Source: Promethearchaeota archaeon (lineage in GTDB: Archaea > Asgardarchaeota > Lokiarchaeia > Sigyniarchaeales > SOKP01). Taken from it: a stretch of DNA of 31,257 nt. This document shows, piece by piece, positions 17,040 through 27,116 of this stretch. Where the stretch lies: the NCBI GenBank assembly GCA_008080735.1, contig SHMW01000044.1, forward strand, positions 3,027 through 34,283. Direction: 5' to 3'. The notes under the pieces were generated by a model. It saw only the letters and a program-made list of their open reading frames with translations, searched no databases and had not been told where the DNA came from. The position numbers and the translations under genes were made by a program. How positions within the stretch are numbered: the stretch's first letter is position 1; every line of letters starts with the position of its first letter.

Positions 17040-17633
17040 ATGAGATCAGAAAAAGAAAATATCATCAATAAATTTACAGCTACTCTTGAAGAGATCTCTG
17101 ATCAAATACTCAAGAACGCAAACAATGTCGATACAGACTCGATTTTGGAATTAATAAAGCTTATTTTAGATACTCATCAGTTCAATAATCGTGTTTTCGT
17201 ATACGGAGCAGGAAGATCAGGATTTATGGGTCGCGCTTTCGCCCAACGTTTAATGCATCTAAAAATTAACTCGTGTTTTGTTTCAGACGCAGTAACGTAT
17301 CGATATACAGATAAGGATCTACTAATTATAATTAGTGGAAGTGGTGAGACAACTTCTCCCGCCGCAATTGCTCGAAAAGCAAAAGATATTGGAGGGAAGC
17401 TCATATTACTTACTACTAGACCAAAGAGTACTATTGGAAATCTTTGTGATTTGATTATCGAAATTGAAGGAAAAAGTAAGGATAAAGCGACTTCTCAACA
17501 ATCTCTTGCACCCTATACCAGTTTATTCGATATTTCAACACTTTCGGTTTTAGATGCCATTGGAGGGATCCTTATGAAGGAATTAGGAATTACGGAAAAA
17601 GATATCGATAATACTCATGCCTCTATAGAATAA
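17040..17633 (+). CDS. hxlB: 6-phospho-3-hexuloisomerase (SIS domain)
   Basis: VYGAGRSG, FAQRLMHL, ISGSGET, C-terminal HASIE; start may instead be TTG 17028. Confidence 0.85.
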   Translation: MRSEKENIINKFTATLEEISDQILKNANNVDTDSILELIKLILDTHQFNNRVFVYGAGRSGFMGRAFAQRLMHLKINSCFVSDAVTYRYTDKDLLIIISGSGETTSPAAIARKAKDIGGKLILLTTRPKSTIGNLCDLIIEIEGKSKDKATSQQSLAPYTSLFDISTLSVLDAIGGILMKELGITEKDIDNTHASIE

Positions 17634-17902
17634 GACTAATCGCGGTTTGGGATAACACTTTTCAATACATTCTTAGACTCCACCAGATCGCCATTTTACA
17701 GCTATTAGCTTTACGTTTTGCTTAACCATAGTTTTAAATAGCAAATTCTTTACTATTTTGATAGGAAAAATAAGGTTTGCCTTAATTCAACAAACTTTAC
17801 GATTAGTTTTCTCAAACACTAAATATTTTTGTTGATATGATTTTATGTGTTTAAATTAATAATAAACCAATAAACTCAATATTGTAAGATTACGCTTTGA
17901 AA

Positions 17903-19549
17903 ATGGATAAGTTTGAATTTCTGAAGAAAAATACTTCTGATATTTTTATCGAGCTAGATGATGATCTCATCATTAGAGATGCTAATATACGATTCTACGA
18001 CTTTATGGGTTGTTTTTCTTACGATATTTTAAATAATTCCTTGGGTACATTTATCCAGCAAGATGAAATAGAGCAAATTAGACAAGCGGTCAAAAAACTA
18101 AAGAATTCACATAATTCAATATCCCTACCTTTTCACTTAAGAGATGAACAAGGCTATCACAAAAAAGTAATTGGTATTCTCAAATTGATAGATACGGATA
18201 CAGGGAATAAAATTTGTATCTTTATTAAAAAAAAGAGATCGGTCTATAAAGAAAGATTACTTGAAAGTAAACTAGAATTTGAAAGAGTAGTTTCGAGAAT
18301 ATCTTCTCGATTTGTTGGGATATATGATCTTGATGAAGCTATAAATATATCATTAGAAGAAATAGGAAAATTTAGTGGAGCTGATCGAGCATATTTTTTC
18401 ATATTCTCAGAGGAGAGCGAGACAATGTCAAATACCCATGAATGGTGCGCTGAGGAAGTAAAATCCCAGATGGAAATCCTACAAGATATTCCAAAAAAAA
18501 GCCTACCTTGGTGGATGAAAAAGTTACAGAACGGAGAGACCATTCATATTAAAGACGTTTCGAAGTTGCCAAATGAGGCTATCGCGGTTCAAAAACTACT
18601 TGAGATGCAAGAAATTAAATCACTGCTCGCATTTCCTATATTTATCAAAAATGACCTAAAAGCATTTATTGGGTTTGACAATATCAGAGAAATTGGAGAA
18701 TGGGAATATGAGAATTTCAAATTATTAAAAATCATCTCTGAAATTATTGGAAACGCTTTAGAAAGAAAATATATTCAAGAAAAATTGAAGAAATCCCAAG
18801 AAGAGTTAGGTAGAGTAAATGAATTAAAAACAGAATTAATGAGGAGAGCAACACATGAATTAAAAACTCCTCTTATTGCTATTAAAGGATTTGCCGATCT
18901 TTTATTAGAAGTTCATAGAAATAAGTTAGATAATGATATCATATCTATTGTAAAAGAAATAAAAATGGGGAGCAATCGATTAGAAAATCTAGTCAAAGAT
19001 CTTCTAAAAAGTTCTAAATTAGATTCCGATAAGATTAAATTGGATAAAAATATCGAAGACTTAGCTAAAATAATTCGAGCCGCCAAAAAAGAGGTTGAAA
19101 GTCTAGCTGAAAAACGCAATATTACTTTAAATCTTCAAATTCATGATGAAATGGTTACAGAATTAGAAGAAGAAAGAATACATGAAGTCTTGATTAACCT
19201 TCTTGGTAATGCGATTAAATATACACCTCCTAAGGGAAAAGTTGAGGTAATTAGTGAAATTGAAAATAATAAATATAGGGTATCGGTGAAGGACTCGGGA
19301 ATAGGGTTTACTAAGGAGGAGAAAGAAAAAGTCTTCCAACAATTTGGAAAAATTAAAAGGAACGAAGAAGAAGGTTTAGTATCAGAAGGCAGTGGTCTTG
19401 GATTATTTATAACCAGACGAATTCTAGAGCTCCATGGGGGAAAGATCACTCTGGAATCAGAAGGAAGAAATAAGGGCTCAATCTTTTCTTTTACGCTTCC
19501 GATTTACAAAAATCTTGACTTAGATGATCTCAATAATAAAGATCAATAG
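17903..19549 (+). CDS. PAS-GAF sensor histidine kinase
   Basis: N-terminal PAS-like region, GAF (ADRAY, THEWC), H-box THELKTPL, NLLGNAIKY, DSGIG, GSGLGL. Confidence 0.93.
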   Translation: MDKFEFLKKNTSDIFIELDDDLIIRDANIRFYDFMGCFSYDILNNSLGTFIQQDEIEQIRQAVKKLKNSHNSISLPFHLRDEQGYHKKVIGILKLIDTDTGNKICIFIKKKRSVYKERLLESKLEFERVVSRISSRFVGIYDLDEAINISLEEIGKFSGADRAYFFIFSEESETMSNTHEWCAEEVKSQMEILQDIPKKSLPWWMKKLQNGETIHIKDVSKLPNEAIAVQKLLEMQEIKSLLAFPIFIKNDLKAFIGFDNIREIGEWEYENFKLLKIISEIIGNALERKYIQEKLKKSQEELGRVNELKTELMRRATHELKTPLIAIKGFADLLLEVHRNKLDNDIISIVKEIKMGSNRLENLVKDLLKSSKLDSDKIKLDKNIEDLAKIIRAAKKEVESLAEKRNITLNLQIHDEMVTELEEERIHEVLINLLGNAIKYTPPKGKVEVISEIENNKYRVSVKDSGIGFTKEEKEKVFQQFGKIKRNEEEGLVSEGSGLGLFITRRILELHGGKITLESEGRNKGSIFSFTLPIYKNLDLDDLNNKDQ

Positions 19550-19580
19550 AATATCCCAAATTCTTATTTAATGAATTTAA

Positions 19581-20426
19581 TCATTTTCTTAGATTTTTCA
19601 GTTTACGTAAGTTTTCTTCGTACTTTTCAATTCCATCGGGTGTTTCCAATATTCCGGGATGTTCGGAGAATTTCTCATCATTAACAAAAAATGAAAATAC
19701 TTTTAACCCAATTTCCCCTTGACCGATATGCTCATGCCTGTCAACTCGAGATCCTAATTCATTAGCCGCATCATTTAAATGAAAAGCATACAAATATTCT
19801 AAACCTACAATTTCTTCAAAATTATTCCATAATTGATCATATTTATCTTGCGTAGTGAAGTCATATCCTGCCGCAAATGAATGACACGTATCGAATGTTA
19901 TACCTATTCGATTCTTATTTTCAATATTCTCAATAATTTTTGCCATATGTTCAAAGCTGTATCCGACATCATTTCCTTGACCAGCGGTAGTTTCTAACAC
20001 GATTTTAACCTTAGAATTATTTGTCTCATCAAATAACTTATTAAGTTGAGATGCGATTCGGAGTAAGGCATCCTCCTCTTTCTCGTCTTCATTTTTATTA
20101 CCGGGATGCATATTAATATAGTCTAATTTTAATTGCTCAGCCTTAGTTAACTCGTCTAGCATAGCATTAAAAGATTTGTTCAATTTCTCCTCATCTGTGC
20201 CTGCAAGATTAATTAAATAACTATTATGAGATAATATTGGCCATATCTCTTTATGTTTTGTTTTAAACTCTAAGAAATCTTTAATATCTTGCTCTTCCAA
20301 AGGTTTTGATGTCCAAGCCCTTACGTTTCGGATAAATATTTGAAGAGCTTCACATTTTATTTTGGCACCACGTTCGATTGCTTTATATTTGCCACCAGCA
20401 ACACTCACATGAGCCCCTAACCTCAT
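19581..20426 (-). CDS. nfo: Endonuclease IV
   Basis: GAHVS, HNSYLINL, HPG, LETTAGQG, FDTCH, HLND, DRHEHIG, ILETP. Confidence 0.96.
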   Translation of the reverse strand: MRLGAHVSVAGGKYKAIERGAKIKCEALQIFIRNVRAWTSKPLEEQDIKDFLEFKTKHKEIWPILSHNSYLINLAGTDEEKLNKSFNAMLDELTKAEQLKLDYINMHPGNKNEDEKEEDALLRIASQLNKLFDETNNSKVKIVLETTAGQGNDVGYSFEHMAKIIENIENKNRIGITFDTCHSFAAGYDFTTQDKYDQLWNNFEEIVGLEYLYAFHLNDAANELGSRVDRHEHIGQGEIGLKVFSFFVNDEKFSEHPGILETPDGIEKYEENLRKLKNLRK

Positions 20427-20506
20427 ATCTTATCACTCCAATTCTCTATTTGAAAATCAATTAATTTAAAATTCAATATGATAAAAAGGAAAAAATTAAG
20501 AAAATA

Positions 20507-21673
20507 TTAATTTGATCTAGGAACAATTTCTATTTGATCTAAAATCTCTACTAAATCAATTACTTCTAATCCCATATCAAATTTGTTATTGGCATCCGAA
20601 AGATTAGTTCTACAAAATGGACATGTGGATGAAAGTATCGTTGCTCCTGTTTCCTTGGCCTCCTCTAATCGTTCCTTCGAGATTTCTAATGCCCAATCAG
20701 GATATCCTATTTTAACTCCCCCTCCCGCACCGCAACACCATGAATTCTCTTTAATTCTTTCCATTTCCACGAATTCAATACCGGGAATGGTTTTATAAAC
20801 TTCTCGGGGAATGTCATATAATCCACTATGTCTTCCTAAATGGCACGGATCATGATAAGTTATTTTTTTCTTGTATTCAGTTTTAAACTCTATTTTATTT
20901 TCCACTAAAAGTTGATTTATCAATTCGGTAATGTGATATACTTTAATATCCATATTGATGCCTTGTTTTTCAAAATCCACTTTAAGTGTGCGATAACATC
21001 CTGCGCAAGATGTGACAACTTTCGTTGCTCCCGTTTCCTTGATTTTTTCAATATTGTAGTTCATAAAATCCTTTACAGGTTCTATTTGTCCTGTTCTTAA
21101 AAGAGGACTGGTGCAACAATGTTCATCAATTAATGTAAAATTGACACCTGCATTTTTTAAAAATCGAATTGTCGAATCTCTCAAATCTTTTTGACGATAA
21201 TTAGAAGTACAACCTATATAGTAGACATATTCTGCTTTATCGGGTAAATCATATTTATTCTTTAGTTCTTCATTATCAGAATTGGATTCTCCATAGGGAT
21301 TATAGAATTCTGGATTTGTTGTTCTCTCTAGTAAAACTTTTTGATTTTCTGGACAATATCCATTTTTAACTGCTTCAGCTCTGGCGCACTCAATAATATC
21401 AACTAGAAAATCGTTAAATTTGTCAAATCGGCAATTTTCCATACAATTACCGCATGTAGGACACGCATATAATATATTTGCTAACTTTTCACTCCATTTT
21501 AGTTGGTCAGACATTAAAGCATAGATGAGCCACATTCTTCCCCCAGTACTGAAACTCTCAAATTGAAACCTCTTATAGCTCGGGCAGTTAAAATCCGAAT
21601 AATCATACGTAAATTTACAATAGCCGCATCTAAAGCACCTGTGAATAATGCCGTCAAATTCTTTTAGTTCCAT
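20507..21673 (-). CDS. Fe-S oxidoreductase with two CCG domains (GlcF/GlpC/HdrD-like)
   Basis: CFRCGYC...CP, CPTCGNCMENC, CC, SCAGC, HDPCHLGR, CCGAGGG, CPFC. Confidence 0.92.
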   Translation of the reverse strand: MELKEFDGIIHRCFRCGYCKFTYDYSDFNCPSYKRFQFESFSTGGRMWLIYALMSDQLKWSEKLANILYACPTCGNCMENCRFDKFNDFLVDIIECARAEAVKNGYCPENQKVLLERTTNPEFYNPYGESNSDNEELKNKYDLPDKAEYVYYIGCTSNYRQKDLRDSTIRFLKNAGVNFTLIDEHCCTSPLLRTGQIEPVKDFMNYNIEKIKETGATKVVTSCAGCYRTLKVDFEKQGINMDIKVYHITELINQLLVENKIEFKTEYKKKITYHDPCHLGRHSGLYDIPREVYKTIPGIEFVEMERIKENSWCCGAGGGVKIGYPDWALEISKERLEEAKETGATILSSTCPFCRTNLSDANNKFDMGLEVIDLVEILDQIEIVPRSN

Positions 21674-23044
21674 TTATTTCACCTCCCAGTTGCCTGGATT
21701 CATTATCCCATGGGGATCTAATTGATTTCGGATGGTTTCTAATAGATATTTGTAATTAGGATCCATTCTCTCTAAGATTAATTGTTGCGCTCCCAATTCT
21801 CCTTTCCACGGGATACCGCCTAATTCTAAAGACATGACGTTCGTATCGTGTAAAGCGTTTCGAGCATTTTGCATATCTTCGGAATCCGCTCTATTGAATG
21901 AATAGGAGAAAAAGACCATTACATTATGAGCTCTATCTATTACTCGTGCCCCTAACGTAGGTATTATTCCATACTTTTCAGAAATTTCTATTCCACGTTT
22001 AATTGCTTCAGGGGCTTGACTTAAAGGAAAGAAACTTCCTACGTATTCAAAACCACCACCTTTTCGAAAATCAGCAGCCTTTGCGGCAAATTGAGGTTTT
22101 TCCAGAAACACCTCTCGAATTCTTGGAGGGGCTTTCATATATCGCGCTCCATTTTTCCTATAAATTCGTTTTAGTTTCTTTTCTTTCTTATCTAATTCAT
22201 CTTGGTTTTTTCCCGTGATATACGTAATAATAAATACATACCCCGCCATCCAATCGGGCTTTCCTTGTACTCCTAGTAAAATATCTTCTGCTAGCTCTGT
22301 TTGAGTTACATTCCAAATTAATTGGGTGCTCAATTCTGGCTCTTTGTAAATTCCAAACACAAGATCCCTCATTTTTGGCTTGGGATAGAGCTTAATCGAT
22401 AATTTTGTAGCAACTCCCATTGTTCCAAAAGAACTTGTAAAGAGCCCGATAAAATCTGGAATAGGGCCTCTGGTAAACCAATGGTCGGAAACGGCGCAAG
22501 AACCCATTCTGCATACCTCTCCATTGGGAAGGACCACTTCCAACCCATTTAGCATATCGCCATGATTTCCATATTTTTGGGATAAAAATCCAGAACCATG
22601 AATCAAGGTGTTCCCTGCTATGGTTACTGAAGGTGGAGCGTCTGGAATGGATACCTCCAGATTGGGATAGTTTTTTTCCAGATAGGAAAACAATTTTCCG
22701 GCGCTTACTCCCGCTTCAATTTTCGCGTACCGATTTGTCTCGTCAATTTCCAAGATTTTATTCATTCGCTTCATATCCAATACAATCCCACTATTTACGG
22801 GGATAACTAAGCCGCTTAAAGTTAGCCCACCACCCATCGGTATTATTGGTATCTTTTCTTCGTTGGCTAACCGAACAATGTTTTGAACTTGCTCTACAGA
22901 CTCAGGCATCGCAACAAAATCTACTGAGCGTGGTTCTGAGGCACCTGGATCCATTGAATAAATAAACAATTCCTCTTGATCATCCGATACGTAATCTTTT
23001 CCGACGATTTCTTGTAATTTGTTAAAAATCTTTTTTTTATTCAT
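21674..23044 (-). CDS. FAD-binding oxidoreductase (GlcD/D-lactate dehydrogenase family)
   Basis: PMGGG, LDMKRMNKI, EAGV, GLEVVLPNG, SFGTMGV, DPHGIMNPG; abuts the Fe-S gene. Confidence 0.92.
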   Translation of the reverse strand: MNKKKIFNKLQEIVGKDYVSDDQEELFIYSMDPGASEPRSVDFVAMPESVEQVQNIVRLANEEKIPIIPMGGGLTLSGLVIPVNSGIVLDMKRMNKILEIDETNRYAKIEAGVSAGKLFSYLEKNYPNLEVSIPDAPPSVTIAGNTLIHGSGFLSQKYGNHGDMLNGLEVVLPNGEVCRMGSCAVSDHWFTRGPIPDFIGLFTSSFGTMGVATKLSIKLYPKPKMRDLVFGIYKEPELSTQLIWNVTQTELAEDILLGVQGKPDWMAGYVFIITYITGKNQDELDKKEKKLKRIYRKNGARYMKAPPRIREVFLEKPQFAAKAADFRKGGGFEYVGSFFPLSQAPEAIKRGIEISEKYGIIPTLGARVIDRAHNVMVFFSYSFNRADSEDMQNARNALHDTNVMSLELGGIPWKGELGAQQLILERMDPNYKYLLETIRNQLDPHGIMNPGNWEVK

Positions 23045-23313
23045 TTAAATTACTCTCCTAATACTTTATGAATCAAAGTCATGAGTTTGAATGAATTAGT
23101 TTAATATTAATTTTGAAAAATATAATATTAATTGTTAAGATAGAAAAGAGGGTAAGGAAATTTCGAAATATCCAAAATATTAATCACCCAGTAACTTAAA
23201 ATACTATCTTCATATAGTTAAATAAAAGGTGATCTTGATAATAATGCACTATTTAGTATTACTGCTCCATGGAAAGAGCCAAATAACTAATTATCTTAAA
23301 CAAGGATCTTACA

Positions 23314-23868
23314 ATGAGTATAAGAGGTAAAACCTATTTTTCTCTCCGATTAATTGGGATGTTAATACTATTTTTAATTTCTTTGGTCCAATTCATCGCA
23401 GATTTATTATGGATTAATGGAATTTTAGGAAAAATTTCCCTAATATTATTATGTTTACCTTGGTTTATCGTTTACATTGTTATTAAAGTCGAGCTATCTC
23501 CTTTTTCAACTCATAAATTACACATTTTCTCAATACTAATTCTTTATTGGCTTATGTTAAATCTCTTGATAAGTATCAAATTAATCCCCTTCCCTCAAGG
23601 AAATTATGTTATATTGCGAGGGACCAATATCATATTTATTCTTACGTCGTGGAATTTTTCTCTAAGTATTTATAAGACTAAAAAACTGATATTTGTTTGT
23701 TCTAGTGCAATTTCAATAGTGTTTGGGATTATAACTCAAATCTACTATCCCCCCCTCTATAGTTGGGTTTTTACTATGTTTAACCTCATGGGTCTTTTTA
23801 TCGGGATTTTCTTAATATTATTAACTGAATATTTATTGAGAAAAAAAGGACTTTTGACTTATATATAA
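23314..23868 (+). CDS. Hypothetical membrane protein (about 6 TM)
   Basis: Hydrophobic 184 aa ORF. Confidence 0.7.
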   Translation: MSIRGKTYFSLRLIGMLILFLISLVQFIADLLWINGILGKISLILLCLPWFIVYIVIKVELSPFSTHKLHIFSILILYWLMLNLLISIKLIPFPQGNYVILRGTNIIFILTSWNFSLSIYKTKKLIFVCSSAISIVFGIITQIYYPPLYSWVFTMFNLMGLFIGIFLILLTEYLLRKKGLLTYI

Positions 23869-23876
23869 TTATTACT

Positions 23877-25589
23877 CTATAGATTTTTCCAGAAATCTCT
23901 CAAACTGTCTTCTTGAAGACTGACCGTAAGTTCTACGGGCTCTGAAGCCTCCCTACGAAAGAACTCAGGTAATTTATTCATATCTTCTTCAATTCCAGCT
24001 TTTCGATTAAATTCAAGCTCATTCCTTAATATTTGCTTTCCAAGATCAATAACATTATCTCGAGTAAGGTCTAAGTCATACATCGCATTCAAAGCATCCG
24101 CGATCAATCCCATAGTTTCGTAGCTCGGTCCAATAAAGTAGCAACAACCCATAGAATCAAGTACCGTTGTGTATATCTGTAATTCATATGATAAATCTAA
24201 TTTATGCCCGTTATCGGTAAGTTCTCCATAATCTCTGTCTTGTCGTGCCGCTCTGCCCGCTATTGCCGCTCCAGCGGTATGATCAGCTCCCATCGGAGAG
24301 GTCGCAAATGTCACGCTCATACCCTTAAATACTCGTGGATCATATGCAGACATACCTTGTCCTTTTACATGAGGAACCCTGTCATGATCGACTTCCTCTG
24401 CCAAATGACAGACTCCATTCCCATATAACTTTCCTTTTTCCGAGCCTTTTTTAATCTCTTCAAGAATCTCAAAGACTGCCTCTGCATCTCCCCATTCAAT
24501 CTCTCCTGAGTCCATCGCAACTCCCATCGTACATCCGAATTCAATCGTATCTATTCCAATATTATCGCACATATGATCTATTCTCGCGATTTTATCCAGA
24601 TCGTCAATCATCAGATTGGATCCGTTCATCGCAATCGTTTCATATTCTAAACTGGAAGTGATATGCTTCCCTTCTGCATCCTTTACTAGATTTGAGCAAC
24701 GAATAACGCATGTCGGACTACAAGCTAACCTATTTTTTCCCCCGCGATTTACTACCAATTCATGCAGTTTTTCCCCAGAAATTTGGTCTGCGCTCTCGTA
24801 TGACCCCATCGTAAAGTTCTTGGTCGGTAATCCCCCATATTCGCTCATAGCTTTTATCATTAAGGGAGTTCCGAAAATAGAAAATGTTTCTTTCGATGTA
24901 GCCAGATTTTTCGTGAAAGGTTTTGTAATTTCGCGGAATTTTTTAATGTTGCCTATTTTTACCTTCGATTTTTGAGGTGGTATTATGACCACCGCTTTAA
25001 TTTTTTTTGAGCCCATTATGGAACCGAGCCCTCCACGAGCAGCATGGCGTGATGGATAACCTTCTAAATCATTGGATGCAACAGTAGAAGACCTCATAAG
25101 GTTTTCTCCCGCGGGGCCAATAGAATAAATGCCTATTCTCTCGCCATATTTTTCATATAGTTTTTCACAGAGCTCGTAATTTCCTAATCCCACAAAACCT
25201 TCGGCACTTTCAAGATGAACCTCCTCCTGATCGATTAATACATATTTCCATTCATCCGATTGATCTTCTAACACTATTCCACGGATACCGTTTTGCGCCA
25301 AGAGCATGGAGCCTCTACCTCCCACGTTAGCTTCTTTAATACCACCAGTAAGAGGACTCTTACCGCCCACTGAGGTTCGAGCCGAGTTGGGAAAGGGACT
25401 TCCGGTTAATAGGCCGTTAGAGATGATTAATTTATTTTCTGGACCATAAGGGTCGCATTTTGGAGGGACTTCATCATTCACTATTTTGGATGTAAGCCCT
25501 CGTGATCCGTATAAAAAATATTCTGAATCCTTCGTTATTTCAGTAGAATTTATTATATTTGTCTTTGTGTTAATCCTTATAAGATTCAT
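23877..25589 (-). CDS. Aldehyde:ferredoxin oxidoreductase family (W/Mo-pterin)
   Basis: KSPLTGGIKEAN, GPAGE, RGGLGSIMGSKKIKA, C..TC...C, EYET, CDNIGIDTI, GADH. Confidence 0.93.
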   Translation of the reverse strand: MNLIRINTKTNIINSTEITKDSEYFLYGSRGLTSKIVNDEVPPKCDPYGPENKLIISNGLLTGSPFPNSARTSVGGKSPLTGGIKEANVGGRGSMLLAQNGIRGIVLEDQSDEWKYVLIDQEEVHLESAEGFVGLGNYELCEKLYEKYGERIGIYSIGPAGENLMRSSTVASNDLEGYPSRHAARGGLGSIMGSKKIKAVVIIPPQKSKVKIGNIKKFREITKPFTKNLATSKETFSIFGTPLMIKAMSEYGGLPTKNFTMGSYESADQISGEKLHELVVNRGGKNRLACSPTCVIRCSNLVKDAEGKHITSSLEYETIAMNGSNLMIDDLDKIARIDHMCDNIGIDTIEFGCTMGVAMDSGEIEWGDAEAVFEILEEIKKGSEKGKLYGNGVCHLAEEVDHDRVPHVKGQGMSAYDPRVFKGMSVTFATSPMGADHTAGAAIAGRAARQDRDYGELTDNGHKLDLSYELQIYTTVLDSMGCCYFIGPSYETMGLIADALNAMYDLDLTRDNVIDLGKQILRNELEFNRKAGIEEDMNKLPEFFRREASEPVELTVSLQEDSLRDFWKNL

Positions 25590-25750
25590 ATTTGAGATTG
25601 TAATTCTAGGTAATTATTCTACTTATGATAAATTATTTCTTTATTTATTTTTCACTATTAGAAAATTTAATGCGATCTAGGTATGAGATTCTTATCCCCG
25701 TTATGTTCTTTTATACATTATGAAAAAACATGAATAAAGCGTTGAAAAAA

Positions 25751-26266
25751 TTAAAATTTTTCTTTGTGGATTAAATTATCTAAGGATTTTCTATCTTTAA
25801 CAGCTCCTTTTTCCTTCTTAGGGTATCCTAGTGGAGTCAACCCCAATACTTTGTATTTTTGGGGGATTTTAAGAATCTCTTTAATTTTTTCCTCATTAAA
25901 CCATCCAATCCAGCAAGTACCCAATCCTTCAGCAGTCGCTGCTAAGATCAGATGCTCAAAGCAAATACCAAAATCCACGCCATAATATTGCTCATCATTC
26001 ATATTTTTACCCGAATCCGAAGGAGATATTATACCTACAACAAACATAGGAGCAGATTCAAATTTATTTTTCTGTCCTATAGCTTTCCAAATTCTGCTAA
26101 CATTATCGGGCTCTTGAACTATTATGTATTCAACTCCTTGAAAATTTGCCCAAGTAGGTGCTAAACGAGCTGCATCTATTATTCGCTCGATTGTTTCCTG
26201 CTCTGGCATTTTTGGCTCATAGAATCTATAACTCCTCCTATTCTTTATAACATCATAAAAATCCAT
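25751..26266 (-). CDS. Nitroreductase family protein
   Basis: RRSYR, ARLAPTWANFQ, LAATAEGLGTCWIG, LGYP. Confidence 0.93.
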   Translation of the reverse strand: MDFYDVIKNRRSYRFYEPKMPEQETIERIIDAARLAPTWANFQGVEYIIVQEPDNVSRIWKAIGQKNKFESAPMFVVGIISPSDSGKNMNDEQYYGVDFGICFEHLILAATAEGLGTCWIGWFNEEKIKEILKIPQKYKVLGLTPLGYPKKEKGAVKDRKSLDNLIHKEKF

Positions 26267-26363
26267 AATTTTCTTAACCCTTTTTCTGTTTTATTACTTT
26301 ATTAGATATTTAATTATTAAAAGATTTCATATTTCCAATTAAATCAAGGAAAACTGATTAATC

Positions 26364-26969
26364 TTATTGTAATATTTTTGATTGATCAGTTTTTAACTCC
26401 TTCTTAGATTTTTCCTCTTTCTCTTGAACAGAAAGCCAATAAAGGCCAATTGCGCCCATCACAATCCCAACCATAATTCTATAACAATCGCAGATGGGTA
26501 ATATACGCCACATGTAATAAGTATAGATTGGAGTAAAATTGAAATCTAAAAGCGCTTGTTCAAAACCGATTTGAGTATTATCTAATATTAATATTCCTCT
26601 CTCTATCAGATAAAGCATATAAAGCTTGATGAATGTAAGGGTTATTAAGATTGCTCCAATTAAAAATAGATGTTTTGAATAGTTCTTGGAATCTAATGGA
26701 TTTTTAGCAAATTTAAGAAAATAAAATCCTAGTATCCAAAAAAACATTATTAGAACGAGTAAAAAAAACCATATCATCAAACTAAATGCAGGTCCATACT
26801 CGTAATAAAGTAATATGTTTATTATTTTTGTTGTCGAACCATTGATTTTAAAATCTGAGAATAATACAAAGATGAAATTTATCAATTCTAGAGGAACTAT
26901 TGCAATGAAAAATACTCCTCCGAAAATCCTAATATTTTCAGATACGATCTCTCTTTTTATTTTTCGCAT
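26364..26969 (-). CDS. Hypothetical membrane protein (about 4 TM)
   Basis: Hydrophobic segments and a charged C-terminal tail. Confidence 0.7.
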   Translation of the reverse strand: MRKIKREIVSENIRIFGGVFFIAIVPLELINFIFVLFSDFKINGSTTKIINILLYYEYGPAFSLMIWFFLLVLIMFFWILGFYFLKFAKNPLDSKNYSKHLFLIGAILITLTFIKLYMLYLIERGILILDNTQIGFEQALLDFNFTPIYTYYMWRILPICDCYRIMVGIVMGAIGLYWLSVQEKEEKSKKELKTDQSKILQ

Positions 26970-27116
26970 TTATATCAAATCCTTAAAATTTTTTCTCTAT
27001 TGCGAATAAATGGGAATTATTAGAGTTAATTTCTTATTATCTAAACATTTAAATAAAATTTTTGGTTCATTTTTTTTGTATTCCAAAAATTGTATAGAGG
27101 ATATAATTAATTTAGA

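Noticed and set aside
17640-17730. Short minus-strand ORF (MVKQNVKLIAVKWRSGGV) or RNA gene in a slightly GC-richer spacer
   Set aside because: Only 18 codons, with no cloverleaf or other recognisable structure.
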